64,000 nt of DNA, from contig OX597833.1 of NCBI GenBank assembly GCA_951406725.2, positions 37,386,001-37,450,000 of the forward strand, in the 5' to 3' direction. The position numbers and the translations under genes are program-made. Every line of letters starts with the position of its first letter. Position 1 is the stretch's first letter. The notes below the pieces were generated by a model. It was not told the origin of the DNA, searched no databases, and saw nothing but the letters and a program-made list of their open reading frames with translations. Source of the DNA: Octopus vulgaris (taxonomy: Eukaryota). Positions 44,290-56,986 of the stretch are shown here, one piece after another.

Positions 44290-45740
44290 CTTCGAATTCC
44301 GCCGAAGTCGACTTTGCTTTTTATCATTTTGAGGTCTATAAAATAAGTACCAGTATAGCACTCACTGTGGAGGCGCAATGGTCCAGTGGTTAGGGCAGCG
44401 GACTCGTATTCGGAGGATCGCGGTTTCGATTCCCAGACCGGGCGTTGTGTGTGTTTATTGAGCGAAAACACTTAAAAGTTCCGCGAGGCTCCGGCAGGGA
44501 GTGATGGCGACCCCTGTTGTACTCTTTCGCTACAACTTTCTCTCACTCTCTCTTCCTGTTTCTTGAGTAACGCTGCGATAGATTGGCGTCACGTCCAGCT
44601 GGGGGGGACAAATATGCCACAGAAACCGGGAAACCGGGCCCATGAGACTGGCTAGGCTTGAAAAGGGGCGAGTTTTTTTTTTTATAGCACTCACTGGGGT
44701 CAATGTAATCAACTTACCCCCTACTCCGAAACTGCTGGCCTTCTGCAAAAATTTGAAACCATTATTACAACTTTAACTTTCATGCCTCTGGGATCGATAA
44801 AATAAAGTACCAGTCAAGTACTGAATCAATATAATGGACTTAGCGCTCTCTCTCTCTAAATTTGCTGGCTTTGGGCCAAAATTTGAAACAGTTGTAACGG
44901 ATTTCACTTTCTTTCTTTTTCTTCTTTTTTTTTTTACTAACTAACCTAATTTTCTGAAGTTTATGATACGATCGTAGAAAACATTTGTTATAAGACAAAA
45001 TTTTGAAAGTAATTTGTATATTTTTAATGTTTTCTTTCTTCCGATGCTAGCGTAATATAATTTCAAGAATTTGGCTGTTCAACAACATAAAGATAATTCA
45101 GCAATAATTCTTTCAGATTTTGGCAGAACGCCAGAAATATTATGCGTAAGGTATTTATCTTTTACATCGACCCCAGTGCTCGACTAAAATTCATTTTATC
45201 GACTGAAAATATAAAAGGTAAACTCTATTTTGGCGACATTCGAACTCAGAACGTAAAACCGGAAGAAATACCGCCAAATATTTTGTTTGGTGTGCAAACA
45301 ATTCCGCCATATCACCGCTTTGGAGAAAGGTTAAATCATCCCTTCTACTAGAGGTATAAATCCTGAAATTTTGTTAGGGAAGGGGATTAGTTGGTTACTG
45401 GTACTTCTTTTATCGACTCCGAAAGGATGAAAGACAAAATCGATCTCTGTGGAATTTGAACTCAGAACGTAAAACCGAAGCATTTTATTCGGCGTGCTAA
45501 CGGTTCTGCCAACACGGCACCTTAGAGAAAGCAGTAATATTAGTTTTAAATGTTGGTACTAGGCCAGCAGTTTCGGAGAAGGGAATAAGTCGATTATATC
45601 GACTCCAGTGTTCAACTGGTACGCAATTTACCGACTCTGAAAGGATGACAGTCAAGTTCTGCGGAATTTGAATTTGGAACGGAAAGGCGGACGAAATATC
45701 GCTAGGCTTTTTGCTCACCGTGCTAACGATTCTGCCAACT
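44290..45740. mobile_element. Cluster of SINE fragments on both strands
   Basis: Same core as 34960-36235; plus strand to ~44890, minus strand ~45160-45740. Confidence 0.75.
44368..44682 (+). mobile_element. Full-length tRNA-derived SINE with V-domain-like segment and T-rich tail, nested in another SINE
   Basis: A box tggtccagtgg, B box ggtttcgattccc, and gctgcgatagattggcgtcacgtccag resembling the V-SINE core. 14-bp TSD tatagcactcactg (44354-44367, 44683-44696). Confidence 0.88.
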
Positions 45741-45845
45741 TATTAGAGAAAATGATAATAAAATTTGGTAAGTAAATTTTAAGCATCTACACTTACACGA
45801 GCACCGAAGATCATTTTTGGGTGTTATTTGATTCTTTCACCCGTA

Positions 45846-46257
45846 CGATTTTCACTAAGAAAAAAATAAAGAACCCGGATTTTTTAGTGTGGAATCAGGT
45901 ACTCTGACTTCCTAATATGCTGCAAACTCCTTATTTTTGTTCGGAGAAAAAGAGGTGCCCCCTCCCCCACACACCGGAATCATTGGAAATGTTTTTGTCG
46001 TGAATGAATTCCGGTGACTTCCTAATATACTACAAATCCCTCTTTTGAGGTTCCAGAAAACGGGGTGGGGTGGGGTGAGGTGGAAGCCTCGGAAATTTCA
46101 CCTCCATCGATCTTTTCACTAAGAAAAAAAAAGAAACTTGGAATTTTTGCATGGAATCAAGTACCCTGACCTAATATGCAGCAAACCCCTTATTTTTGCT
46201 CGGAAAAAAGGTGGAGTGGGAAAACCAGACCCCACCCCATATCCCAGAATCATTGCC
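45846..46257. repeat. Degenerate tandem repeat (~260-bp period, ~130-bp sub-period)
   Basis: ttttcactaagaaaaaa...tggaatcargtacyctgac...cctaatatgc.gcaaac occurs twice; tgacttcctaatat recurs in between. Confidence 0.7.
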
Positions 46258-46510
46258 AGTGCCGACGGCACGTAAAAAGAACCATTCGAGCGTGATCGGT
46301 GCTAGTGCCATCTGACTGAACCCTGTGCCAGTCACACTTGAAAAGCACTCACTACACTCTCGGAGTGGTTGGCATTAGGAAGGGCATCCAGCTATAGAAA
46401 CCTTACCAGAACAGACTGCATTCTCATTGCAGCCTCCTGGCTTGCCAGTCCTCAGTCAAACCGTCCAACCCATGCCAGCTTGGAACGCAGACGTTAAACG
46501 ATGATGATAA
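46255..46510 (+). mobile_element. Solo RTE 3' UTR
   Basis: ggagtggttggcattaggaagggcatccagct...gacgttaaacgatgatgat. Confidence 0.85.
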
Positions 46511-47079
46511 TGTATAATGATATATATAATTATGATAGATTGTTACCCATTCAATGTTTAGGCAAACTTCATCACCTACTCACAATCTTTCTCTTACTCG
46601 CTCGTTCTCTCTCACTCATTCCCCCCCCCCCCAAAATGAAACACATTTCGGCGCCAAAAATTGTAAAGGAAAAAAATCTATATTCGGGATTATTATATAT
46701 ATTATATCCAGTGATTTTAAAAGGTATGAAAAAGATATTGTTGTTTTAATATACTTTTACTTGTTTCATACACATACACAAACTAACGAGTTTTTATTTT
46801 TAGAATAATTATTTATCATTCGTTATCTCTCCACTGACTTCGGTACCACTAACTTCTATAACCTCTGCATTTTCACTTATTCATTTCAAACTTCTTTGAA
46901 TTTTCAATTTAATGTAATCCACACTCTCTCGAAAACGTATTTCTGCAAAATGCTATCTAAAATTATGGGTAAAGAAAGAAATGGCAAAAAAATATTTGAA
47001 AATGGGGGTGGGGGTGAAATTGCTGAGGGTTCGACCGTTAGTGAGGTCCTGTACCCATATATGCATGTATATATATATA

Positions 47080-47634
47080 CAGGGTCAGGCAAAATGATCT
47101 GACACATTTGTAGGTTAAATAAAATGCATTGTTTTTCGTTTCTTTTTCAGTTGCTGCCATGAATTTGACTGGTGAGCATCGCGCTTTCATTGTGGAAACG
47201 TTTATCAAAACAAACGATTCTGTAACTGCAACACAAAGAGCGTTCCGTTTGCACTTCAATCTTGGTAGACATGATCCCGTACCAGCTCGAAACACGATCT
47301 TGTTATGGGTTACCAACTTCAGAGCTACTGGATCTGCATTGAAACGAAAATCAACCGGCTGACCTCGCACCGCCAGAACTTAAAGATGCAATTCATCAAG
47401 AAATTACTGCCATTCCACATGAAATGACCCGCCGAGTTATTGACAACTTTCGTGAACGCCTTCGACAGTGTGTGGGCAATAATGGATCCCATTTGACTGA
47501 TTTAATTTTTAAAACATAATGAAACAAAATGGCATTATATGTACTTTTCAAAAATAAAAACACTTTTTTGTTTCTTTACTTCATTTGCCTTTTATTTAAC
47601 CTACAAATGTGTCAGATCATTTTGCCTGACCCTG
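47080..47634 (+). mobile_element. Internally deleted Tc1/mariner-superfamily element (DUF4817-type N-terminus)
   Basis: Perfect 45-bp TIRs with TA flanks. MNLTGEHRAFIVETF...TQRAFR...WVTNFRATGS is fused to C-terminal LKDAIHQEITAIP...RLRQCVGNNGSH. Confidence 0.95.
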
Positions 47635-47989
47635 TATATCATGAAGTATGTTTGCCACCTAAATGTGGATGACTCATATGGGACGATATAGTCCCAAGAA
47701 GACATCTCCTCCAGTTGGCTAATGACACACTGTCTGTGCTCGATCAGTATTTGCGAAAGGGAAATCATTGTTCCCATCTCTAGCCTTACGTGATACACAC
47801 GGACCCGGGTTTCTGAATAGTAACCCGTCATCAGCGTGTGACAATCACCAGCTAGGGATTGATTCTTTATTATGATCACGTGAATCGAACATAGAAGGGA
47901 CAGCACAGGGTGTTTCAAAGCATAAAAATTGTGAGTTCGTTTGCAATAAGCGAATGATGTATTTACAATGAATGTATTTACAATTTTAA

Positions 47990-49722
47990 TGAAAATTTTT
48001 TTAACATTTTGGCCGGGGTGTCCACCGGCTACACCGTATAGATTTACTATGTATTTAAGCAGGGTCTCTCACACCCAACTTCTTCACCACATTTTTCCAT
48101 CTTTTCTCGTATATACTTCGCGACAGGCGTCCTCTCTCCAGCCCTATCTTGCTCTTCAGATGATATCTGAAATAGTAGGGCAAACCAGGCCCGGAGATAA
48201 AGGTTCTCGTCGCGACTCCTTTCACCCTCGTTTTCCATATGCACTCATTCAGAGTGGCAACTGGCCTCCCTTTCCTTTGACAGTCCGGGTGGCGGTACAA
48301 TCTTAGTCATACACTCAGCTGATAGCTTTACTCTTCCTAAATGCGACAGCATGTGTTCCACGTAAACTATCAGGCTTGAAATCTTCGGATAATGAACAAG
48401 GGCGTGCGGGACAGTTTCTCGTCCCGCCTGCACCTTGGGCAAGCCGATGGTACGGACATGCCGTGTCTGGACAGTCTATCATGAAAAGTTAAAGCGTTCC
48501 TATAGTACTGCCAAGTCAGTGATTTCTGGTAGTTATCCAGGTAACCCGACCCGAAAGTTGTTTTAAACAGGTTGGCCAGCTGGTCCTCATCGAGTCCCAG
48601 AGCTTCTCCCAGGACGTCATCCCTCTTGGACTCTACCAGCCCGCTATAGAGTACCGAGGTGGTATTCTTGCTCTTGGTCTTGCCCGCCTTGTGGATTAGC
48701 ACGAGAACCTGTCGGCACTCTTTTTGCCACTCGGTCAAATTGCGTCTTTTCACGGAACAAGGTTTAAATTCCTCCAAGGAGGCCAGTCGCGGAAAGAACG
48801 TCTCCGCCAGCGAATTCCATACCTGGTCACCGTCCAGGTAGAGCGAGAGGTGCCTCAGCGCATGATCAGCCACGGCATCCCTAACCCATCCTTTAGCGGG
48901 TTTTGGCAGCAAGCAGAGCGCCTCACAAGCGGTTTTCCTCCCTTCCACAAAAAGCGAAAGAGGAGGCGCTCCAACTTGGTTAGCCACGAATCGGGGCAAG
49001 GGACAACGGTCAGACGGTAGGTTATAACATATGCGATATACACCTGCACCACCTCCGCCCTCCCTTTCAAGGACTGCGCCCTTCCGGACAAGAGCCTCCA
49101 CCTTGCCTGCCACTTCACTCCAATTCTTCTCTGTTTGGGAGTCCGGTCCAAACCAAACTCCAAGCAACTTAACAGGACCTTCCGTCCAGTGTCCCACGAC
49201 ACTGGACATTATCGTTTTGCCACTTGCCGAACTGCAAGCCGATGGACTTGTCCTTGTTAATTTTTACCCCTTCCACCGACTCGTAACATTTGATTGCCTC
49301 CTCTACACGGGGTAGCTGAGTTTCATCAGCTACGGTGATGGTGACGTCATCCGCATAAGCAGAAACGCACTTACCACATCCCAGTCCGTTGGGGATGCAC
49401 TCCCAAATTCTCCAGCTTGCATAGCAATGGCTCCAGAGCCAGTACATAGAGAAGCGGAGACAGAACGGAGCACTCGATCTTAAACGGCACGGGCAGCTAT
49501 CCGTTTTTCTGAACCGTAGATTTGATGTCACCATAAATGGCGGTGATCCAGCCGCGGACGTCAAGGCCCAGCCCAGCCGCCTTGAGGACCGCCGCTAGAT
49601 ACTGGTGGTCTACCCTGTCAAATGCTTTACTTTGGTCTAAATGGACCACTGCTCCACTTTTACCGGATAAATTAGCCACCCTGTCTAAGGTGAAGCGCAG
49701 GAGATGGAGATTGTCCTGGATC
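47990..49722 (-). mobile_element. Degenerate 5'-truncated Tx1/L1-clade LINE
   Basis: HLDQSKAFDRVDH, SAYADDVT, KLLGVWFG, LFRFLWKG, GLGMP and a zinc knuckle CPRC...ETVPHAL. Confidence 0.88.
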
Positions 49723-50656
49723 AGTTACCAGCTAGGAATGAGAAGTGATTCCGAACGCAAAATACGATATGCTTTTTCCAGTGACAAACCGTCGCTGATC
49801 TCGAAAAAAGTGAAACAAGCAATAATAAATCTCTGAGCGAGATGTGGACAGTAGTAGCACGACATCGTGAAGTATGTTTGCCACTGCTTATTTCTCCTTT
49901 TTCGAGATCATGTGTCTGGCGCTGTTGTGGGTAATTACTGAGATCAGCAAGGACGACAGTGTAGCATGCTGGAGTGATGCGCGAGACAGGTAATTTTCTC
50001 CATTCATTACATGACCAAACTGGTCTAACAGAGGGAAATTATTTCTAACATGAGCGCAGAGCGTGTGAACATCCGACGTGTAACGAGTCGGGAAAAGAGT
50101 TGAGCTGGCATAGACGTGTTGAAAAACAAGGCAGTAGAGGTATAATAGAGGTGCGTGAGTGTGTGTACAAAATAGTTTGTAAGGCTGAGGCAGTAATGCT
50201 GGTGCATTGATTACAAATACAGTGTACAGTGTTGCATATGCCAGTGATTAAGGCACTTCAGAATATGTCAGCCAATGCATGAGGTATTAAATGCTTTGAA
50301 ATGTGCAGGAGCAAAAGTGTGGCATGCTGGCGCGTTGTAAGGGACAAACAACTTTCTCTATGTATACCTGACCGACCTAGGGTCTTAAAGAGGCAAGTTG
50401 TGTCTACAAGGGCGCGGGGGGCATAAAAAACAAGCGAGAAAGGCATGTGTGATGCATGAATGTGAGAGTGTTAACATGTATGTGTGCATGAACAATGTGT
50501 GCAGATGCGTACACAAGGCCAGACGCCGAGGAAAGGTATATGCGTGTGTGTATGTAACAATACAAACATTTTCAAAGTGAACGAAAAAAATGTACATGCA
50601 AAATATGAATAACACTATAGAATATCCAAAAAGATATGCACATGAATTTAGTTGTC

Positions 50657-50848
50657 GCGGAATATGTGCATTGCGGAATATGCGCATCACGGAATATGTG
50701 CATCGTGGAATATGTGCATCGCGGAATATGTGCATCGCGGAATATGTGCATCGCGGAATATGTGCATCGCAGAATATGTGCATCGCGGAATATGTGCATC
50801 GTGGAATATGTGCATCGTGGAATATGTGCTTCGCAATATATTTGCATC
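50657..50848. repeat. 16-bp minisatellite, about 12 copies (GCGGAATATGTGCATC)
   Basis: Direct inspection. Confidence 0.95.
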
Positions 50849-51616
50849 ACGTAATGTGTGTAACTCGTAGACAATTGAAAGTGTGCAGTACAAACAGAAG
50901 AGAATAAAATAAGCAAAATGACAAACTTCTCTGAAAATAGTGTCCTTTATTTAAAGTCTACTGCTGATAGTGAAAAGATGTGCATGCAGAAAAAGAAAAA
51001 TAAGATTTGTTGAAAGTCTATGTGGAAATCTTATACACGTGCAAAAGTTCGTAGACAATGCAGGGTCTGTACGTCAGGATGAGACGAAAAGCGTGTGCGT
51101 GCCGAAAAGGTTGCATGTGCGGGCTTCCGTATTTTCTTCCAGCTAGTTTCAGGGGTGGCAAACTTAGCTGTCAATATGTTGCGCTTATAGGCTTTCATGA
51201 TCGGCGAATTCCTTGTGCGTCGGCAGTTTTGCATTGTTGTGAAGTGCATCGCAGTATAGTGCTTTCTGTTACGCGTATTGTAACAAGTGGAACGAGGGTG
51301 CATCTTGGTGGTGACAAAGGTTGTCATTCTTTAGCTCGGGGATCAGCAAAATGTAGCATTAGAAAGTAGCAATTGTTTTTAGACGGGGGCAACAGTGTAA
51401 TCGATGGATGTGACAACTGTTCATGCGAAGGTGAAGGCTGCAGTTCTTTAACTCGGGGTCAGCAATTGTAAAGGTAATGTTTTTCGTTGAAGTCGAGGAC
51501 CACCAATTATAACGGTTAAATAATAATTGATAAACAATAGGATGAAACGTCGGTGTCGTCAACAATTGTAACGGTTGTGTTGTTAAGGTGCTGGTTGCCA
51601 GTATGCAGGATGGAAG

Positions 51617-51925
51617 AAATAATAATGAAATTATTGTATACAGTGCTCAGGTGCACCACAACTTGTCAGAGTATATGCAGTAATGTACAAATGTCTGGAA
51701 AGCGAACAATGCATGAGTCAGATACTTGCTTGAGTGTGTATGGAGGGGAGAAAATCAGGTGTAGTGTTGGCGAATTTCAGGAAGCATAGAAGTTTTGAAG
51801 GATGCAGTGCTCCGACAACTAACAACTGATGCCGGCAGTTTGTTCCATGCTTCAGCAACTCTCAGCGTGAAAAAATGTTTCCTGAAGTCATGGGAGCTGT
51901 GCTGTTTTCTGACTTTGTAAATATG
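51617..51925 (-). mobile_element. CR1/L2-group 3' end fragment
   Basis: Reverse complement matches 58725-59040. Confidence 0.88.
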
Positions 51926-52833
51926 CGATCGAAATTTTAAAGAAATATTTATTTACCGTTACCTTGTATAATGCCTTGCCTCGACGGGCAGGTGATAAAA
52001 TCGTAAAGCATGCGAAGTAAAGGTAAATGTCGTAGATTTTCCGAGTATAGTTTGTATTTGTGTTCTCGTCATTAGAGATGGAGTAAAGTTCTAGAGAAAA
52101 GAAAGTGAGCTTGTGAGAGTGAGAAAGTCGAGGGAAGTTGTCTCGCTTAGTCGCTGATTGTAACTTTCTTTTTCCCCTCTGGCCGTTTGGTCTCTAGTGG
52201 CTGCCTGCTTGTGGTCATGACTCTAGTTGTCCGTTCACTAACTGATTTTGCCTTACCAAATTCTAGTATTTGTAACTATCCAAAACTAGTTAGAAAGATG
52301 GACATATTATTGAGAACACTAGATTTCGTTGGCGGTCTGTTATCTCTATTCTAGCTTTTGGTGAAATAGAAGAGGTTAGAGGGGTCAAGTGACAAAAACA
52401 TTATTCTGCTTAGCAAAGGCATCTGGCAAATGTTACTTACTAAATTTACGTGTCCGAAAATGTAAATTCTATCAGCTCTTGAAAGTCATCTATAAAATTA
52501 AGATTTAGTTGTTGAAGATTATCGTCTTGGAATCGTTACAAAAGACAAATCAAGTTTGCTTGGGTGCATATTTAGTACAACAGGTACCTCAAGCTGATTA
52601 AGCAAACTTATGCTCAAATGCGCAAGAAAACTAAAAAAAAAAAAAACACCTACTATACAGTGAAACACGCAATGTTGATATAAAATACAAATAATGACAA
52701 CACTAATATGTCTCATCGTGTTTCATGCTTATCATAAGGCTACTGTGAACCAATAAACGTAGACTCAAGTCATATGAATACTCACTTAAGCAGCGAAATT
52801 TCAGTTCATACTTAATTTTCTTCGTTTTATTAA

Positions 52834-53285
52834 AGGCAGTGAGCTGGCAGAATCGTTAAGCACATCGGGCAAAATGCTCGGCGACATTTCGTCCGTCTTC
52901 AAGTTCTGAGTTCAAATTCCGTTGAGGTCGACTTTGGATAAAATAAGTACCAGTTGAGCACTGGGTCGATGTAATTTCAGATCTTGTGCCTATAGTAGAA
53001 AGGCTTATTAAAGCAGCGAGTTGGCAAAGTCATTCACAAGCTTTAAGCTTTGTGAGTGACAGAAATAGAAAGAAGACCATGTGTGTGTGTGTGTGAGACC
53101 ACCGCTTGACGACTGGTATTGGTTTGTTTACGTTCCTGTAAATTAGCGGTTCGGCAAAAGACACTGATAGAATAAGTACCAGGCTTAAAAGATAGTTCTG
53201 GGGTCGATTTGTTCGACTAAATACTTCAAGGCGGTGTCCCAGCATGGCCGCAGTCCAATGAGTGAAACAAATAAAAGATTAAAGA
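52834..53285 (+). mobile_element. Adjacent SINE fragments
   Basis: ggcagtgagctggcagaatcgtt...gttctgagttcaaattcc, and tail ggcggtgtcccagcatggccgcagtc...tgaaac. Confidence 0.78.
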
Positions 53286-54766
53286 TATCTAAAATAATAA
53301 ACCAGTTTATTTACTCAGAGACGTCATCAACATGAAAATCAGTAGTTAAGTTGATAATAAATTGAATGTAATTGGGAACATCAAATACCTAATTAGAAAT
53401 ACATCAGATCAATATCATTGTATTTGTTTCAGCAGGTACGGGGTGAGGAAACAATGTTCTGGTCTCATTAAACCTCCAGGCTCAACCCCACTAGCCGAAA
53501 TTATAATGAGGAACCTAAACAGAGAATCAATAGAGGTGCGAAAAATTAGCATATGTTACAAAATGAACCACTGAGGTAGACTAATCGCTCGGAGATGCTT
53601 AATATTATGTTAATCCTTTTGGTAAGTAGAAAAATATTAATATTGGACATGCTTCAGTATTATTAAAACTCCTCAGTAAATTATACATTGCCTTTGTCAC
53701 GAGGGTGTGAGTAATACATATTATTATGTAGGTCATAGAATGAAAGATAGATGCTGGTGGTTGAACTGGGTTTTGTTCTGGCTGCGTATAAATGATGCAC
53801 AACACTAGGGAACAATTTTACAGTAACTTTATTCACAAAATATCTTTTACGTTGGTTTTGAATTAATAATACAACAAAGCATACAAACTGAAAAAGATGA
53901 TTCTGTAGGACCTGTTAATATGTTATCACGTTGGAAGAAAAACAAGTAAAAGAATATTCTCAAGATCTCCTTAAAAATCTGAAGATTTTTAATCCAGTTA
54001 AATCCAATCATAAGTGAGTCATAAAATATCTCAGGAAAATATGGCGTCTGAGAAAGCTAAGAGCAGATGGGCAGACAGAAAATGACTTGTCTGTTCCCAG
54101 ACACATTTATGGTCATCAGCCATTGGAATAGACGAATGAGGAAAACATATTTATTTCTAATTAGATTTTTGATGCTCACTATATTAAATCTGCTAAAACT
54201 TAAGCTAAAATGAGGGTTAGTTTAATTAAAGATTGTTTAAAAAGAATATTTATAATCTTTGGCGCAGCAGTTTAACTACTCGTGAGCCAATTATTAATGA
54301 GAATGTATCAAGATCAGAAATGTTTACCAGACCGCTCAGGCAATGGATGCAGTGACCCAACTCAAGCTAATATAGAAAAATAGTAACAAAATTATGAGGA
54401 TCAAAATCAGATTCTTGTATGCACCGGAACTCTCCGTCTTCATGTTCGTATACCTGGCGTGGGTTCTCTCTACAAAGATACAGAGAATGACACAGGCACT
54501 GAAAATGAGACGTCACGAAGCTATCCAACATCACACTGACCGCCATGAAGATCTTACACTGATAAAGGGAAGAAAGCTAGTATGCCATGGCTATGCAAGT
54601 AATCATCTTCATTAAAAAAAATTCGGTTTCACCTTGAAAACCTTCATGCGTCCGCGCAGGCGCACTGTTGTGAGGGAACATTGGACACATTGAAACAACC
54701 CGGGTAACGTTGAAAATATAATATTCGATGGAAATAACGAGTAACTGCAGCGTACGACTCCGTCAG

Positions 54767-55172
54767 GGATCTAGCGGTGTTATATGAAATTGTCACCCTA
54801 TAAACGAAAGATTGCCGTCACCCATACTTATGACCCTAGTATCGATCTATTTCATTTCAATCTGTTTTAGGGTTAGGGTTAGGGGTGGGGGGAAGGGTAT
54901 CTTTTTTCTTCAGAAATGTAAATAAACCCAATCTGTTTCTTAAACGAGGGACATATTCATACGGCACAGAATGTCTTCACCTCAATAGACGTCATTGATT
55001 GGTTGAAATTGAACAAAAAAAACAATAATTATCTTACAAACTATAGAATTTTCTCAATAAAGCCATGAGAAAAAGATGTTTTATAAACACATTCTACCAG
55101 TATACGAAGTTTAAAAGTGTTTAGTTACGTGGAAATTATTTTTAAAAACTGCCGTTCAAACCGAAAAGATCC
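54767..55172. mobile_element. MITE with short TIRs, 9-bp TSD and internal TTAGGG repeats (Mutator-like by TSD)
   Basis: Ends GGATCT/AGATCC. TSD CTCCGTCAG at 54758-54766 and 55173-55181. (TTAGGG)3 at ~54867-54884. Confidence 0.8.
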
Positions 55173-55442
55173 CTCCGTCAGGAACGCCACGTCATATCTT
55201 AAAAATTATATTACGCAATCTTGACTCCAATGTGTGTGTGTATGTGTGTACGCGCGCGCGCGTGTACATGTGCATATGTGTATTTATATGTGCTCAACAC
55301 CACCTTTAGGTTGCTGCACTGAAGAAATGGGCCTATGCCTTGATCGAAATATGACGAAATTATATTATTCATGGGCCTACGGTCCTCCGGCTGTAGTTCT
55401 CATAACGCCTATCTTAAGATGAATTACATATCCGTGTGTTTG

Positions 55443-55473
<31 letters not shown>

Positions 55474-55673
55474 TGTATGTATGTATGTATGTATGTATGT
55501 ATGTATGTATGTATGCATGCATGCATGCATGCATGCATGCATGTATGTATGTATGTATGTATGTATGTATGTATGTATGTATGTATGTATGTGTGTGTGT
55601 GTGTATGTGTATGTATGTATGTATGTATGTATGTATGTATGTATGTATGTACGTACGTACGTATGTACGTATG
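55443..55673. repeat. (TATG)n/(CATG)n microsatellite
   Basis: Direct inspection. Confidence 0.97.
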
Positions 55674-56703
55674 CAAAGGGAGATTTGGCTACTATTTCTT
55701 GCAAGTCAATCGACTATGTAGAAACTTTGTTGTCATTGTTTGTGCCTCAGGTTAACTCTGGTCTCGCAGACGTACAAGTGGTTGGTTAAATAGCTAGGTG
55801 CAACCCAGAGATTCATTGCTTCAGTTACGCTACTCCACTACTCGGAGGCTCCAAGAACAATTTTTGTAGGGTGAAACATAACTGCTTTTGGACTCATTGG
55901 TAGCGGGAGGGAGTCTTCTTGAAATTCAAGGAACCTGTGAAGATTTTTTTAAAGAAAGGAACCGATCAGATATCCATGGTCCCGTCTTTGATTCTCCCAT
56001 CCTTCACTTGCAGGCATTGTCACATACGGTGATTTATGATGTTATGTGTCAGTCCAAATATGTTACTTTTTACGTTACTGTCCTGTTTGATTTTATACGT
56101 GAGTCCGTTGTTGTTGCCCAGTTGTAACTTGGATAAATGATTAATTGGATATTTTGGTGATTTTGTTGTATGTTTTCCCCTTACAAAACCAAGTCCATTT
56201 TCGATGAGACCATTTATTTATGCATAAACATTACAATTATTACAAAAGTTATTCGCTGGAGGTTGTAGCACTGGCTACCGGTGGATAGTCATGTATGCAT
56301 GCTGTGCTTGGCCAAGAACTGGCTATTATATTCATATGGTGAAAAGTAGAAAATTTCGCATTCATCATTGACAAATGATCCTTTTTAATCTGAGGTCAAG
56401 CAACGATCAAGAATCCTATCCTCTGAGACACCCCTGAAACCACAACATTGACTTCCCACGCGTCTATATTTAGAGATATGTGTTGGCGGGAAGTCATGGA
56501 AATTTTAACTCGAAATCGTGCGATTAAATATTCGCTGCTGAAATTACCACTGGCTGACAATTCAGCTAACTTCGCCTGATATGCTGTACCCTATTTCTTG
56601 TTACTAAACTAACGCGATTTCAATTCTAAACCGCGTTACACTATAATCGAAAGTATTTTAGCCGTGACATTACCGTTTTTTATTCAATCATAGTATAATA
56701 TAG

Positions 56704-56986
56704 CAGCGGTTCCCAACTTTTTTTGCACCACAGACCGATTTTATGCACAGATCAGAGAATCACTCACAAAACAAAGCACAAATGAAGTGCATAATACATA
56801 ATTTAGCTATACATACATACATGTATATTACACATACATACATACATACATACATACATACATACATACATAATGCAAAAACACTTGCAGATTGCAACAG
56901 TCAGAATATGAATAAAATTTTTATTTATTCTTTCAAATAATCCTCGCTCTGGTACTAGTCCGTGACCCGATGGATGGGGTTCCCTG
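56704..56986. mobile_element. Small hAT (Charlie-like) MITE
   Basis: Ends CAGCGGTTCCCAAC / GGATGGGGTTCCCTG form an imperfect TIR; TSD is degenerate. Confidence 0.6.

Noticed and set aside
44370-44445. Possible tRNA gene
   Set aside because: The tRNA-like head runs into a SINE body flanked by a TSD, and there is no convincing acceptor stem.
50657-50848. Possible CRISPR-like array
   Set aside because: Contiguous 16-bp units with no unique spacers, in a eukaryotic context with no cas genes.
53431-53621. Plus-strand exon candidate (tttcag ... G|gtaagt)
   Set aside because: Stops in all three frames and no recognisable protein; it could only be non-coding and nothing else supports it.
54867-54884. 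Telomere or chromosome-fusion scar
   Set aside because: Only three TTAGGG units, inside a TSD-flanked MITE.
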